DNA from: the human T2T-CHM13v2.0 reference genome, Homo sapiens
Length of the DNA: 64,000 bases
Assembly (NCBI RefSeq): GCF_009914755.1
Contig: NC_060946.1
Reading direction: 5' to 3' (one strand)
The stretch's first letter is position 1, and every line of letters starts with the position of its first letter. Made by a program: the position numbers and the translations under genes. Positions 1-15,520 of this stretch are shown in pieces. The notes under the pieces are model-generated. The model did not search any database. It saw only the letters and a list, made by a program, of their open reading frames with translations, and was not told where the DNA came from.

Positions 1-1189
1 CAGGCATTTCCTGAGATGGCTATATACTGGACCATGAGCTTCATGAGGGCAGACGCTGTCTCTGGTTGATTTTTCACTGGATCCCTAACTCAGAGTGCAG
101 GGGTCAGAAATACTATAGGTGAATAGATGAATCAATAACAGAGAGGAGGAATGAAAAATTGGCACCAGGACTCTAGAAATAAGTCTGGTACAGCCTTCTC
201 ACAGTGTGGTTGAGATGGAAGTGTGTTGATGGATGGGCAGAAATACCCTTGGGAAAGTAGGATCATAGCCAAAGATATATAAGCACTCCTGGAAATAAGT
301 CAGACGAGATGCACAGCTTGTGTTTACATGGTTCTTTTCTGTATCAGGAATGGAATCATTTTGGTTTGTGGATTTTATAACATATTCCAAATTTATCCAT
401 AGCAGCATAATATATTGATATTAAAAACTGTATTTATATTCAAGTCCTTGTACTCCCTCTTTTTGCCTATCTTTCTAGCGGCAGTGAGGGATGCCATCAG
501 AACGCCATCAGGAAAGGGAGTCAAAAGAACAAAAAAAAAATCAAGAATCAAAGTATCAGCTTTGCATCCTTGGATAGATGTTTATGAATCTATAACAGAA
601 GCCGTGGTATGGAAGCCCATGTATTTCAACCCTAATCCTAACAAGGGTAATGCTAATGCTAATGCCCTTGTTGTTGAAGTATCAAATGTTTGCACAGAAA
701 AAAAATCTCCCCACCTTTTTTTAAAAGTCTGGAAGCTGGCTTCAGATATCAAGAACCTAGAGCATAAACCAGAAATTGGAAGAATGTATGAAGGCATAAT
801 ATCCATTTTTCCATGCTGCAGAGCTGAAAGAATTAGCAAAGTGTCCCTCAGAAGGGTCCCAGGGCCCTGACTTTCAGGTTGAATAAGAGACAGTGGCCCT
901 TGGAACCAACATAAGTTGAGGTACATCCTAGGCCCCTGGCTTTCCAAACCACAGGATTCATTGATAAGACTGACATTCACCATAACTCCTGGGTTAGAAG
1001 CCCATGGCCAAAGGAGTTGTCCACACCTCATGAAGCCACTCAGCGCTCCCTGGGCTGCAGTAAAGCTATCTCCTGATGAGGCTTTCAGCTGGAATAAGAA
1101 GAATGGCCTGTGAGCCCAACTGCAGATGTGGGTGTGCTTTATACCTTAGCAGGGTGACGGCTGTGTCCTGGGCTCTGGCAGGAGGTTAG

Positions 1190-1528
<339 letters not shown>

Positions 1529-1748
1529 TGAAGCCTTCCTTGAACTCAGATGCCACCTAAGGATAAGGAAAAAGGGCAAGGAAAGAGAACGCAGAATTAA
1601 CCAGGTAATTGCCCAAGATGACTCAGTTGCCTTGATTCCACAAGATGAATATCTTCATTTGCAGGTAGAAAAAAAGGCTCATGGGGGATAAACTGAGTTT
1701 ATTATAAAGAAGAATAAAGTTTTCAGAAGTCTGTGGCCATTGTGAGCC

Positions 1749-2080
1749 CCGTAGCTCCCTATTACCTGTGATTTCTCTTTCTGCAGTTTCAGTTACCAGT
1801 GGTCAACTGCCATCCAAAAATATTAAGGTATTGAGAGAGAGAGAGAGAGAATACACATTCACATAACTTTTATTGCAGTATATTGTTATAATTGTTTTAT
1901 TTTATTATTAGTGATCATTGTTAATCTTTTATTGTACCTAATTTATCAATTCAACTTTATCACAGATGTGTATGTATAGAAAAAAAAAACATAGTGTACA
2001 GGGTTTGGTACCATCCATGGCTTCAGGCATCCACTAGAGGTCTTGGAACATACCCCTGCAAGGATAAAGGAAGACTACTG
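1749..2080 (+). mobile_element. MER44A-like TcMar-Tigger MITE
   Basis: GTTTCAGTTACC...GAGAGAGA..CACATTCACATAACTTTTATT...GGATAA.GG..GACTACTG matches the recalled MER44 consensus and TIR. Confidence 0.8.
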
Positions 2081-2562
2081 TGTATATCCAGTGTGGCTAA
2101 AGTTGAGAATAAATCTAGCTGCCTTAGAGATACTCTCAGAGTCTCTTGGGTTTGTAGCTCTTTCGGAGTAGACAGATTCAGCAAATAAAAATACAGGATG
2201 CTCATACTTTATCTGATGACCCTAAGCTCTTGGCCCCCCTCTCCCAGTGCTTAAGTGGAAGGCATCTGATCTTTGAGACAGTGTTGAGGTTCTTTGTAGG
2301 GCCCTTAGAAATCCACTGGTTTGGGATTTGCAAATGCCTAGCTCATGTTTGCCTTGAACCACCTCTACCCATTAGTGATAGACATCGCTAATTGATCGTT
2401 GAGCCTCACAATTCTTTTCAATATAGCACTCTAGACAGCAACTTCCAATTGATCAGAATTGGTATGTAAGCTGGAATTAATTGGCCTCCTAGACGGAATC
2501 TGAATTTAAGCTTAAGGCGGAAAAGGCCAGACAATGAATGGCAGTGCCAAGAACAGAACCAG

Positions 2563-2880
2563 GGCTGGGCTCATTGGCTCATGCCTATAATCCCAGCACT
2601 CTGAGAGGCTGAGGTGGGAGGACCACTTGAGCCCAGGAGTTCGAGTCCAGCCTAGACAACAAAGTGAGATGCTATCTCTACAAACTAAAACTTAGCCAGG
2701 TGTGGCGGCACACAACTTTAGTCCCAGCTTCTTGGGAGACTGAATCAGGAGGATTGCTTGAGCCCAGGAGTTTGAGGTTACAGTGAGCTATGATTGTGCC
2801 ATTGCACTCCAGCCTAGGTGACAAAGCAAGATTCTGTTTCAAAAAAAAAAATTTAATTTTTAAAACTTAAAAAAAAAACA
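2563..2880 (+). mobile_element. Alu (AluJ-like)
   Basis: Alu dimer with J-type GAGCCCAGGAGTT / GTGAGCTATGAT and an A-rich tail. Confidence 0.92.
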
Positions 2881-3119
2881 AACCAAGTGTCTCTGCTCCC
2901 CAGCTGGGAATGTTTTGCTGGAGCCACAGAGTTCTGTGTTGCAGTACCTATAACTTTTTTTGTGGCCAGCACCACATCATGTGTGTATAGGAGAGAGGGC
3001 ACCAGAGATTCATCCCATGTGAATGTGGGTGTAGCACACCACCTGGGCTACACACAGGAGGGACAGGTCACCACCACATGGGCTGACATTCACAGGCAAC
3101 AGAGAATTTACTCTGAAGC

Positions 3120-3320
3120 CCCCATCTTGAGATCAAATTCTGGCCCCTGCATTTTCTGGCTGTGTGACCTTGGTCCAGCTATTTTTCTTCTCTGAGCCTC
3201 AGTTTCCACATCTGGAAAATGGAGACTGTTAGTATTGACCTAGTTGGGTTATTGTAAGGATTCAATTAGATATGAAAAGCCCAACCCCGGCACATCTTAG
3301 ATGCCCAGAAAATGGTACTT
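3120..3320 (+). mobile_element. MIR
   Basis: Core GCTGTGTGACCTTGG...CTCTGAGCCTCAGTTTCCACATCTGGAAAATGG. Confidence 0.8.
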
Positions 3321-4756
3321 GGTACCATTCTAGACTCTGCAAGACAATTCTTTTGCCACTAAAATCCTCCTCTTTATCATCTGCTGTTAAGACATCTTTC
3401 TTTGCATGCAGCTCTCAGAGGAGAGCCTCACATTTCGAGCTTTGTTAGTGAGTCATTTGTACCTAAGAGCAAACAAGGAAAACAAATGGCATAAAAGAAG
3501 GGACAACTGGCATTGGAAGAGACCTGGAATCAAACCCCAGTTGTTACTTTTTGCTCTGGGATGCTTTGCAAGAGACCCTGTATAGCCAAGCCTCAGTTTG
3601 TCATTTGGACAATGGGCCTAAGGACAGGTGTCCCCATGGGCTCCATGATGGCAGGGGAGAGGATGGATGTGTGAGTGCCTGCTTTCACTGGCACTGTAAG
3701 CAGAGCTTTCACACAGCATCAATTTCTTTGCCAATAACACTCTGGCCTGGCACCTGGCCCATGGCTGGTGAGGCTCCCTAGGCAAGAGGAAATGAAGTTT
3801 GACTCAGGCTTTTGTTAATGCCTGGCTGCGGCTGGCCAGACCTGCCTCCTCTGGGGTTAGAGCTGGCCTCGCAGCTGAGCTTGGCTGGGTGCATGGGGTT
3901 ACAGGGAAGTCGGCTCTGCCAGGCCGAGAATGGGAGACTCTAAGTTACACATCACTGCCATTGGCAGTGGACCCAGGCCAGAGGAGAGAAAGAGGCAGAT
4001 CAAGACTCAGCATCCCCATCCCTCATGTCTGGTCCTTTCCCCCATCAGAGGACAAATGTTATACAAGTGAAAAATGACCCCAACTGCTCTCAACCTGCAA
4101 TAGTTGAGGACACCGAGGCACAGAGAGGGTGTGCAATGCGCCCAGGGTTTCACAGCCAAGAAACAGAGGAGCTAGGATGTAAATCGAGGTCTATGAACTT
4201 CCCAAACCCAAGCAGTTAACCAGCTAACCTGCCTTCTGTAAGAAACCTGGAGAGTTTGCCCTGAGGAAAAGATGGAAAGAAACATTAATAGTAATCAGGC
4301 ACATATCATGGGTTGATCAAGATATTTGCCCCTTTTCACATGAATTTATCTACTACCACCCTAGTCATTTTCATTGTATTTTACTGATGAAGAAACTGAG
4401 GTTCAGACGCTTGAAGTGGCAGATCCAGTGTGGCATTATTGTGTCTCTGAAGTTAGAGTCCTTACTTCGGCATCCACCTGCCCCAGAGGCAAATGACTTC
4501 CCCTCTCTGATCTTATGCCCTCCTCTGTAAACTGAGGATGATCACAGCACTCACCTCACTGAAATATCTTAAAGACCAAATGAGTTTGTGAATATAAAGT
4601 GGTTAGAATGGTGCTTGGTACATAGAAAGAGTACTGCAGGTATTTATTTCTGCCATTATTGTTGCCATGATTATTACTACCCAAGATCAAGCTGCAACAA
4701 ACAGACAGGGTTACGTTTAAAACCAGGATTGTAGAATTCAAAAGTAGGTTTAAGAT

Positions 4757-4892
4757 GCTTCACGCCTACAGTCCTGGCCACTTTGGGAGGCCCAGGCGGG
4801 AGGATTGCTTGAACCCAGGAGTTCAAGCCTGCAGTGAGCTATGATTGTGCCACTACACTGTAGCCTGGGCAACAGAGCAAGACCCTATCTCT
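4757..4892 (+). mobile_element. Alu monomer (FRAM/FAM-like)
   Basis: Single Alu arm ending GCCTGGGCAACAGAGCAAGACCC. Confidence 0.8.
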
Positions 4893-4999
4893 TTTTAAAA
4901 AGTAGATTTAATAATTTCTCTCCTATCCCCATGTTTTTGCTACCAAGACAGTGGCTCCCAGATATTTGGACATCACTTAGCAGTTGAAAAAAATTAAAT

Positions 5000-5059
5000 G
5001 ATAGGTAGATAGATAGATAGATAGATAGATGATGGATAGAGAGATAGAGAGATAGATAC

Positions 5060-5101
<42 letters not shown>
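5000..5101. repeat. Compound (GATA)n tetranucleotide microsatellite
   Basis: Long GATA array with GATG/GAGA/CATA interruptions. Confidence 0.97.
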
Positions 5102-5490
5102 GTAGCATATTCCATTTTCTATTTTACCAAAGCAGACATTTTTAAAAAATTACTACCATCTTTTACTTCCATTATTTCAGAAGGTAAGGGCATTTTAACA
5201 CCTAACGGTGGGGGGCAAGAATCACAGGATACAGGAAAGCCCTTTAAATTAAATAAATGTAGCTTTCTGAACACTCTCTCAACATTATTCTCTTCATTTC
5301 CACAAAGACCAGTGGACACCTCATCAGAGGTCATCCCAGGTTTTCAGGCCAGCATTTTAAAAGCACTGCCTTACTCCCCTGCCAAGGCTCTGCAGGAGGG
5401 TGCACAGAGGTTTGGGGTGCCAGAACACATTTCTAAAATAATGTGTTTCCAGAAAAGTATCAGCTGATAAGTAGCTGGAGGAAAAAAAAT

Positions 5491-5491
<1 letters not shown>

Positions 5492-5521
<30 letters not shown>

Positions 5522-5622
5522 TACACACATAAATACATATATGTATATATACATATATACACATATATACCCACATATATATACATATATACACATATAT
5601 ACACACACACATATATATACAT

Positions 5623-5659
<37 letters not shown>

Positions 5660-5665
5660 TATATA
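5492..5665. repeat. Compound (TA)n/(CA)n microsatellite
   Basis: Alternating TA/CA runs ending in a pure CA run. Confidence 0.97.
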
Positions 5666-5772
5666 TTTTCCTCCCCAGGTAACAGCACAAATTCAGCAAA
5701 CCTAAAAGAGGATTTTTTATAACAATAAAGTAGTAACAGACTCTGATGAGCTTATCTTGCAATTTACAGAGT

Positions 5773-6137
5773 GTCTTAGTCCATTTTATTCTGGTAAAAC
5801 AGAATACCACAGGCTAGGTAATTTGTAATGAACAGAAATGTATTTGGCTCATGATTCTGGAGTCTGGGAAGTCCAAGATGGATGGACTATATCTGTTGAA
5901 GTTCTTCCCATGGCAGAAGACATCACATGAGCAAGAGAGTGAGGGAAGGGGGCCAACTTTGATAAGGACCCCATTCGCAAGGTAACTAACTCACTTCCGG
6001 GGTTAATGACATTAATCCATTCATGAGAGCAGAGCTTCATGACCTAATGACCTCTTAAATGTCCCATGTCTCAACACTGTTGCATTGGGGATTCTTTCTA
6101 ATACACGAACTCCAGGGGACACAATAAAATCATAGCA
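5773..6137 (-). mobile_element. ERVL-MaLR solo LTR (MST/MLT1A-type)
   Basis: TGTCTTAGTCC...GGCTCATGATTCTGGAGTCTGGGAAGTCCAAGAT...CATAGCA. Confidence 0.8.
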
Positions 6138-6604
6138 TAGGGGATGCGTTAAGTAGAAGCCAAAGAACTCCTTTTATAAATACTCATCTGGGAATAAGCA
6201 CATGGGGCTCAGACACACCCAAGCAAGCACTGATTTCCCTTGGCATCAGTTGTGTGGAGCAGCAGGCGTGAACGAGTTGTTTTTTTGCAGTTGAGTCTAG
6301 GCTGCAAACCTGCAGGCCCAGCCAGCCTCCAGAGGGACTGAGAGATGGGTGGAAGGGGATCTGAGATTGGAGCATGCCTCTCTGGTGACTGGAACAGCAA
6401 GCCAGGGGCAAGGTTCCAATGAGAAAAGGAGGCAGACACACACAGCTCACAAGGCTTAGGTTTACATGACAGATCAATGCAAATTTGAATCTAATTTTCT
6501 CTCTCACCCGAGGGTCTCAGTCTCGTATCCATAAAATGTGGACAGCAATATTCAGTTGAACTACATGAAATGCCATTTTTGTGGGTCAAAAGCTGTTGGT
6601 AGTC

Positions 6605-7305
6605 AAAGGAACTGACAATAGCAAGTGTTGGTGAGTATGTAAAGAAGCTAGAACTCTCATCCATTGCTGGTGAGGGTGCAAAATGGTGTAGCTACTTTGG
6701 AAAACAGTTTGGCAGATTCTCTCAAAGTTAAACATAAACTTGTCATATGACCCAACAGTTCTACTCCAAGAAATCCATCCAAGAAAAGTGAAGGGATATG
6801 TACACACAAAGACTTGTACACAAATGTGTACAGCAACAGTATTCAGAATTGCCAAAAAATGGAACTAATCCAAATGCCCATAGACCGGTGAATGGATAAA
6901 CAAAATGTGATACATCCATGTAATGGAATACTATTCAGCAATGAAAATGAATGAAGTATTTGATACATGCACCGGCATGAATGAACCTCAAAAATATGCT
7001 ACATGAAAGAAGTTAGACACAAAGACCATATATATTGTGGGATTCCATTTATATGAAATCTCTAGAAAAGGCAAATCTGTAGAATCAGAAAGCATATCAG
7101 TGGTTGCCTACAGCTGGGGGTGGGAAGAGAGGACTGACTGCAAACAGGCAAAAGAGATCTTTTGGGAGTGATAAGAATGTGCTAAAACTGGATGATAGTG
7201 ATGTTTGCCCAAGTTTCTAAATGTACTAAAAATCATTGGATTGCACACTTAAAATGGATGAATTTATGATATGTAAATTATACTTCAATAAAGCTGTTTT
7301 AAAAA
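6605..7305 (+). mobile_element. L1M (L1MB-type) 3' fragment
   Basis: ORF2 3' end and 3' UTR motifs (GGAATACTATTCAGCAATG, ATTCCATTTATATGAAAT) ending in AATAAA and an A-run. Confidence 0.85.
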
Positions 7306-7315
7306 GTCAAATACA

Positions 7316-7697
<382 letters not shown>

Positions 7698-7732
7698 TTA
7701 AATTTCTGTTTGTGACCACAATGGTAGACAGG

Positions 7733-8578
<846 letters not shown>

Positions 8579-9367
8579 GTTGGGGTTTTTTTAATTTGTT
8601 TTTTCACCACTTTTGAAAGGTTTGTTTGGAATGGCCTGGCTTAAAATATAGGTGGTATAAATGAAAGCTTTTCTGGGAGCATCATGAGTTACTGCAATCA
8701 GGAAGGACATTGTATGTTCTAAGATGATGCAGTGGAGGAAATGGACAATGGCCTCAAATAGGAACCCCAAATTAAAGGCCATAAACTGAGTTGCAGAAGC
8801 TAATTTGTGATCCGGTTGCATCTCACACAGGTAACTCTTAGAGGCACCTCTAGGGTGAGTTACAGTAAGGATTTATTTATTTAACAGTAGCTAATGGTTC
8901 TTCCAAGACATGCCAGGGAGCCAAGCTGGAATATTAAGTAAATTAATGGCATACAGGAGGTACTCCGTGTCTTTATACAATTTTCAGAGAATGGAGAAGA
9001 ACAGATTCTAGAAGCACTAGACGCATTTAAAAGCCTTCATGACAGAGTTTAGAGGCTCAGAGTCCAAACTTCTTTGACTTCACAAGTTAATAAAGAGGTT
9101 GGTCCAAACTTTTTCTATGGCTTATATGGCTGTGTTCAGGATATTTAGTATTACCTAAGTAACGTATTCATATGGGTTTGTTTCCAAGAAATCCCCAACT
9201 TTGATTTTTCACCACTTTGGTGTATTGAGAGAAGATCCTTGTCTAAAAACCCATTGCCTAAAGGAGGAAGACAATGCTTTGGCTTGTCTGGTCCTAGATT
9301 GAGCTGTCCAGTGTGGCAGAGCCAGATATGGGCGTTGTCATTGTGGGTGGCTGCTCTGCTCCTTCCC

Positions 9368-9739
9368 TGTTATGAACCAAAAGCTTGTGGCCCTCCCAAT
9401 TTATACCTTGAAGCCCCAACCCCCAATGTGATGGTATTAGGAGAGTAATCAGTTCAAGAGGGTGAAGCCCTCATGATGAGATTAATGCCCTTACAATAAG
9501 AGGCACAAAGTGTGTGTGCTCTCTCTCTCCCTCCTCCACCCCCCTTTGCTCTGCCATGTGAGGACACGGCAAGATGATAACCATCGGCAAGCCAAGAAAA
9601 TGGGCCTCATCAGGAACCAAATTGGCTGACACCTTGATCTTGGACTTTCCAGCCTCCAAAACTGTAAGAAATAAATGTGTATTGTTGAAGCCACCTAGTC
9701 TATGATATTTCATTATAGCAGCCCCCGTGGAATAAGACA
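9368..9739 (+). mobile_element. MLT1A/B-type MaLR solo LTR
   Basis: CCCCAATGTGATGGTATT...GCCATGTGAGGACAC...ACCTTGATCTTGGACTTTCCAGCCTCC...TAAGACA. Confidence 0.82.
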
Positions 9740-10745
9740 CTCTCCTTGCCCCATATTGGGGGAGCAAAGAGAAAGGATGAGGTTTTGGCTTTTCTAAGCC
9801 CTTGGGTACAGGTCTTTATTCTCTGGCTGTTAGAGAAAATCTCCCTTACTTTTCCCATGGGCAAGCTGACAAAAGACAAACCTAGGGGATTATCAGAAGG
9901 GAGCAATGGAGATGCTATCAACTCCTGTCTTTAACAGATGGAATTTTTTCACATCTCTGGTCAAAATAACTAAAATTCCTTAGAATTTTAGATGTGGGGG
10001 TGGATCATTGAATTACTACCTCCGGAACTGCGAGAAAAGGAAACTGTAGGGAAAAGAATCTTATATGGACCCCATGCCCATACCAAATGACCAACCCAGG
10101 CTCAGAGAAGTGGACAAGAATTTGCGTAATTCCTGAAAAGGGCGATGGATGAACCTCAAAAGACTTGCTTTGGATTGTTCTTTTCTGAAAACTGGCTGTG
10201 TGGCTTTGGGTGAGTCACTATCCCTCTCTGGGCTTGAGTTTCTTCATCTGTAATGTGGGGGCCATAAACCTGCCTTCTTCGTAGGCTTGATTAAAAAAAA
10301 AAAAAAGCAAATGAGATTAAGGTTGGCCCTTTTGCACAGTCTTTAAGGGGTGAGCTGTGAGGAATGGTGGTCACTATAGCTTCAGATCTTCTGCCCAAGA
10401 GAAGCCCAACCTTTGTTCAAGCCTTCTGAAAACTGCCCTGTCCTTTACTACCCATTATGGCTACCTTCTCTAGTTACCTAAAAGATTACTCTCCCTTTTG
10501 GAGCCCCTGAATCTTGCAGCCTCCTGCTGGACTCTGTCTAAACCAATCTTCACCTACTGGACGTCTATTATAGGTAAGACCCAGGAGAGATGGAATGAAC
10601 AGCAGGATGCAGTTCTTATCCTCAGGAAGCTCAAAGCCTAACCAAGAAGGCAAGACGGGTACAGGTGAAGAGTTATTAGCTCTCGCTTCTGCATCCTCAG
10701 GGTTTTTCACATTGAATTATTGTTTTGTAGCCTTCTCCTCTAGAG

Positions 10746-10925
10746 CAGTGGTTCTCGAGTATTGCTATGCATCACAATCACGCAGTGGGACTATTATTTA
10801 CAGATTACAGGGTCCCACACCCAGAGTTTCTAAATTAGTAGATAGAGCCTAAGAATCTACATTACTAATTAGTTCCCTGGTAAGCTCATGCTGTTGGTCT
10901 GCAGACTGCACTTTGAGAACCACTG
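10746..10925. mobile_element. MER5A (hAT-Charlie MITE)
   Basis: Terminal inverted repeats CAGTGGTTCTC ... GAGAACCACTG, 180 bp. Confidence 0.85.
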
Positions 10926-11259
10926 GTCTGTATTCAGAGTTTTTGAAGACAGGTGCTGTGTCTTAATTGTCTCAGGAGTCTTTGTCTAACATTTGTTTTA
11001 AACTTACTCTTGTTACAAGACCCTCCTCAAATATCTTCTTGTCCTGGAAGCCTAAAGTGACTCCCTACACAGAGGGAGTAGAACTGTCTTGTGGTTTCTC
11101 AAGCACAGCTCTCTATTTTAATGCATATATGAAGCTGTCTTTCATCTGTGCAGATGTTTGCTCTGCCAGACTGTGAGCTCCTTGAAGGTGGGGATTTTGT
11201 CTGGTTGTTTTTTCCCCAGAATAAGAATGCTGGGTATATACATGTCTAGATAATGGTTT

Positions 11260-11560
11260 AGATGGATGGATAGATGGTGAATGAATGGATGAGTAGATGT
11301 ATGGATGGATAGATGGATGGACATGTGAATGGATGGGTGAGTGGATGGATGGATGGATGGATGGATGGATGGATGGATGGATGGATGCATGCATGCGTGC
11401 ATGTACGGGTGGACAGATAAATGAATGGGTGGATGGATGGATGCATAGGTGGATGGATGGAGGGATGGGTGAGCAGATGGATGGATGGATGGATGGTTGG
11501 TAGGTGGATGGATGAATGAATGGATGGATGGGTGGCTGGTTGGGTTGATGGGTGGACAGA
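11260..11560. repeat. (GGAT)n-type degenerate tetranucleotide tract
   Basis: TGGA repeats directly following an L2 3' end. Confidence 0.95.
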
Positions 11561-13697
11561 CTGAATAAATGGCTATAGTACAAAGCCATAGATGGTAAGA
11601 AGTATATGTTAATAGAGAGAACTTGAACCCTTAGACTTCATTTGTTGCCTATTTGGGGGAAGGTGGATAATGAAAGGCAAAACAACCTCTCCTGAGGGTT
11701 GACTCTCTGCATTCGTACTCTGTGCCCTGTCCTTTTGGGCCTTAGCTTCCCCCTTGGGCAAAAGAGGGGAGCTGGATGAGACAACCACTAAAAGTTTTTT
11801 ACATTTTGAGCTGAAATGATTCTTTTTCATAAAATGAAAAATAATAGCAAAAGCCACCATGTAGTGAGACTATGAATGTGAAATTAGCACATAAATCACT
11901 TGGTACAGTTCCTGGAAGATAGTAAACAGTTAACACATGTCAGGTATTTTCTTCTTCATTGTCATTATTGTCACTCCATAATGAATCTAGGTCTTTACCA
12001 ATATGAATCCCTTCAGTAACTTCACCTCTGTGGTTTTGAGAAATAGCTGGTATCTTAACAAAGTCTATTTCAGAGTAAAGAACACCATCTAAGGATAAGG
12101 AGGGTCATTCCATAATGATAAAGGGGTCAATTCATTAGCAGGCTGTAACAATGATAAATATGTATTCACCTATTACAAAACTTCAAAATATATGAACCCC
12201 AAACTGACAGAACTAGATGCAGAAGTAAGCAAATCCACAATTATAATCAGAGATTTCAGCATCCCATCTAAATAATTAATAGAACGGTAGACATAAAATT
12301 AATAAGGGTTTAGAGACCTGAAAAACATGGTCAACCAACTAGACCTAATTGACATTTATGGAACACTCTACCTAACAATGGCAGAATACATATTCTTAAA
12401 GTGCTCATAATATGAGCTCATATTATGGGTCTTACCTTAAAATATGGAATATTTTACTAATACAGGTTATATTATGAGCCATAAAGTATGCCTCAATAAA
12501 TATAAAATGATTCAAATTATACAAAGCATATTCTGTAACCACAATAGAGTTAAACTATAAATCAATAACATATCTGGAAAATTTCTAATATTTAGAAACC
12601 AAAAGCAAACTTCTAAATAACCAATGGGGCAAAGAAGAAATAAAAAAATTAAAACCTATTTGAAATAAATTTCAAAGTACAATATATCAAAATTTGTTGC
12701 ATGCAGCTGAAACAGTACTGAAAGGAAAATTATAGCATTAAATGGTTATGTTAGAAAAATAGAAACGTCTCAAATCAATCACTTCAGTTTCTACCTTAAC
12801 AAACCAAAAAAAAGAAGAATGTCAAACCCAAAAGTAAGCAAAATAAGGGAAATAATAAAGATCAGAGCATAAATCAATAAAATAGAAAAAAGTAATAGAA
12901 TCAATGAAAGCAAAGCTAGTTATTTGTGAAAAATTAATAAAAATGATAAACCTCTAGCCATAATTATCAGTAAAGGAAGATATAAATTACTAATATCATG
13001 AAGGAAAGTGATAACATCGCTACTGATGCTATAGATATTAAAAGGTTAATTAGGGAATGTTATTAGTAACATTATGCAAATAAACTCAACAACTTAGGTA
13101 AAATGGACAAATTCCCTGGAGAATGCAAGCTACAAAAGCTCACTCAAGAAGAAATAGGTTGCCCAAATAGCCCAGTATCTTTAAAAACTTGAATTTGTAG
13201 GTAAAAACATTCCAAAAAAGAAAATTTCAGATCCAGGTGAGTTCGCTGGTAAATTCTACAAAGCATTTAAGGAAGAAATAATACAATCAAACACAAATAT
13301 TTTCAAAGCATAGGAGAAGAGGGAACTTCCCAATTTATTCTATGAAGCCAGCACTAGCCTGATACCAAAATCAGACAAAGGCATTACAATAAAATTTTAG
13401 ATCAATATTCCTCATAAACTTAGACACATAAATCTTTAACAAAGTTTTAGCAAATCAAATCCAACAATACATAAGACAAAATATATCTTATGATCAAGTA
13501 CAGAAATGCAGAGTTGGTTTACAACTTGAAAATCAATAAATGGAATTTGTCATATAAGAGACTTTCTTTAAAAAGGGAAACAAAGTAATCTCAATAGATG
13601 CAGAGAAAGTATTCATTAGATGTTGAAAAAAATCAACATTTATTCCTGATTTTTTTTTAAAAAGTCATCAATCCAGGTGTAGAAGGGAACTTCCTCA

Positions 13698-14015
13698 CTG
13701 GGTGAAATGGCTCAAGCTTGTAATCCCAGCGCTTTGGGAGGCCGAGGCAGGAAGGTGGCTTGAGCTCAGGAGTTTGAGATCAGCTTGAGGAACATAGTAA
13801 GACCCTGTCTCCACAAAAATAAATAAATAAATAAATATTAGCCAGGCATGGGGGTGCATGCCAGTGATCCCAGCTACTCAGGAGGCTGAAACAAGAGGAA
13901 TGCTGAGCCCAGGAAGTTAAGGTTGCAGTGAGCCATGCTCGCTCCAGTGCACTCCAGCCTGGGTGACAGAATGAGACCCTGTTTCAAACAACAGCAGCAA
14001 CAACAACAAAGAACA
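13698..14015 (+). mobile_element. AluJ inserted in L1
   Basis: Alu dimer with TSD GAACTTCCTCA at 13687-13697 and 14016-14026. Confidence 0.92.
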
Positions 14016-15149
14016 GAACTTCCTCAGCTGGATAAAGGGTATCTATTAAAAAACAAACAAACAAACAAAACCCTACAGCTAACATCATCCTTAATGGCAA
14101 CAGACTGAATGCTTTCTCCTTTAGATGAGGAATAAAGCAAGATTGTCCGGTCTTATCATGTCCATTCAACATTGCCCAGGGCAACGAAGCAAAAACATAT
14201 AAATTGAAAAGGAGAAAGTAAAACTAACGTTATTTGCAGAAGGCATAATCATCTCTGTAGAAAATCCTGAGAAATCTATAAAGATGCCACTAGAAGTAAT
14301 AAGTGAGTTTTGCAGTCAGTACACAAAAATGAACCGCATTTCTATAAACTAGGAACAAACTTTTGGAAGTTGAAGTAAAATAATCTACCACAATAATATG
14401 AAGAATATGAAATACTTAGTGACAAACTTGCAGGCGTTATTCAAGATCTGTACTCTGAGAACTATGAAATGTTGCTGAGAGAAATTAAAGAAGACAGAAA
14501 TAAATGGAGAGATAAATTGCATTTATGGGTCAGAACACTTGGTATTAAGATGCCAATGCTCCCAAACATTGATCCATGGATTGAAGGCAATTCCAGTCAA
14601 AAACTCAACAGACCTTTTTGCATAAATTTACAAGCAGATTATATAATTAATTTGGAAAATCAAAGAACCTAGAAGAGCAAAAAAAAAAAATTGAAAACAA
14701 AGAACAAAAAGGACCTACACTGCTTGATTTTAAGATGTATTATAAGGCTACAGTAGATAAAGTAGTATCAGTGTGGTATTGGCATAAAGATACACAGATC
14801 TGTGGAATAGAATAGAGCTGAGAAATAGACACATACATATATGATTAATGGATTTTCAACAAAATTACCAATTTAATGGGGGAAAGGAAAATCTTTTCCT
14901 TAGGTGATGCTGAAACAATTTGATGGTCATATGCTGAAAAAAACCCACCATATACGAAAAAATTACTCTAAATAGATTATAAACCTAAAAGTAAGAGTTA
15001 AAAATACAAAATGCCCAAGAGAAAACATAAGAGAAAATCACTGTGGTCTTGGGTATGGCACAGGTTTTTAAAACATGAAACAAACACAAACTATAAAAGA
15101 AAATATCAATTAGTTGGAGAAAATCAAAATTTAAATATTTTGCTCTTTA

Positions 15150-15520
<371 letters not shown>

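Noticed and set aside
415-1113. 151-aa and 149-aa overlapping ORFs
   Set aside because: No recognisable domain, non-ATG or weak starts and no exon context. A processed pseudogene cannot be supported without a search.
9301-9320. GAGCTGTCC RE1 half-site (a similar one lies at ~27292)
   Set aside because: The partner half-site GGTGCTGAA is absent.
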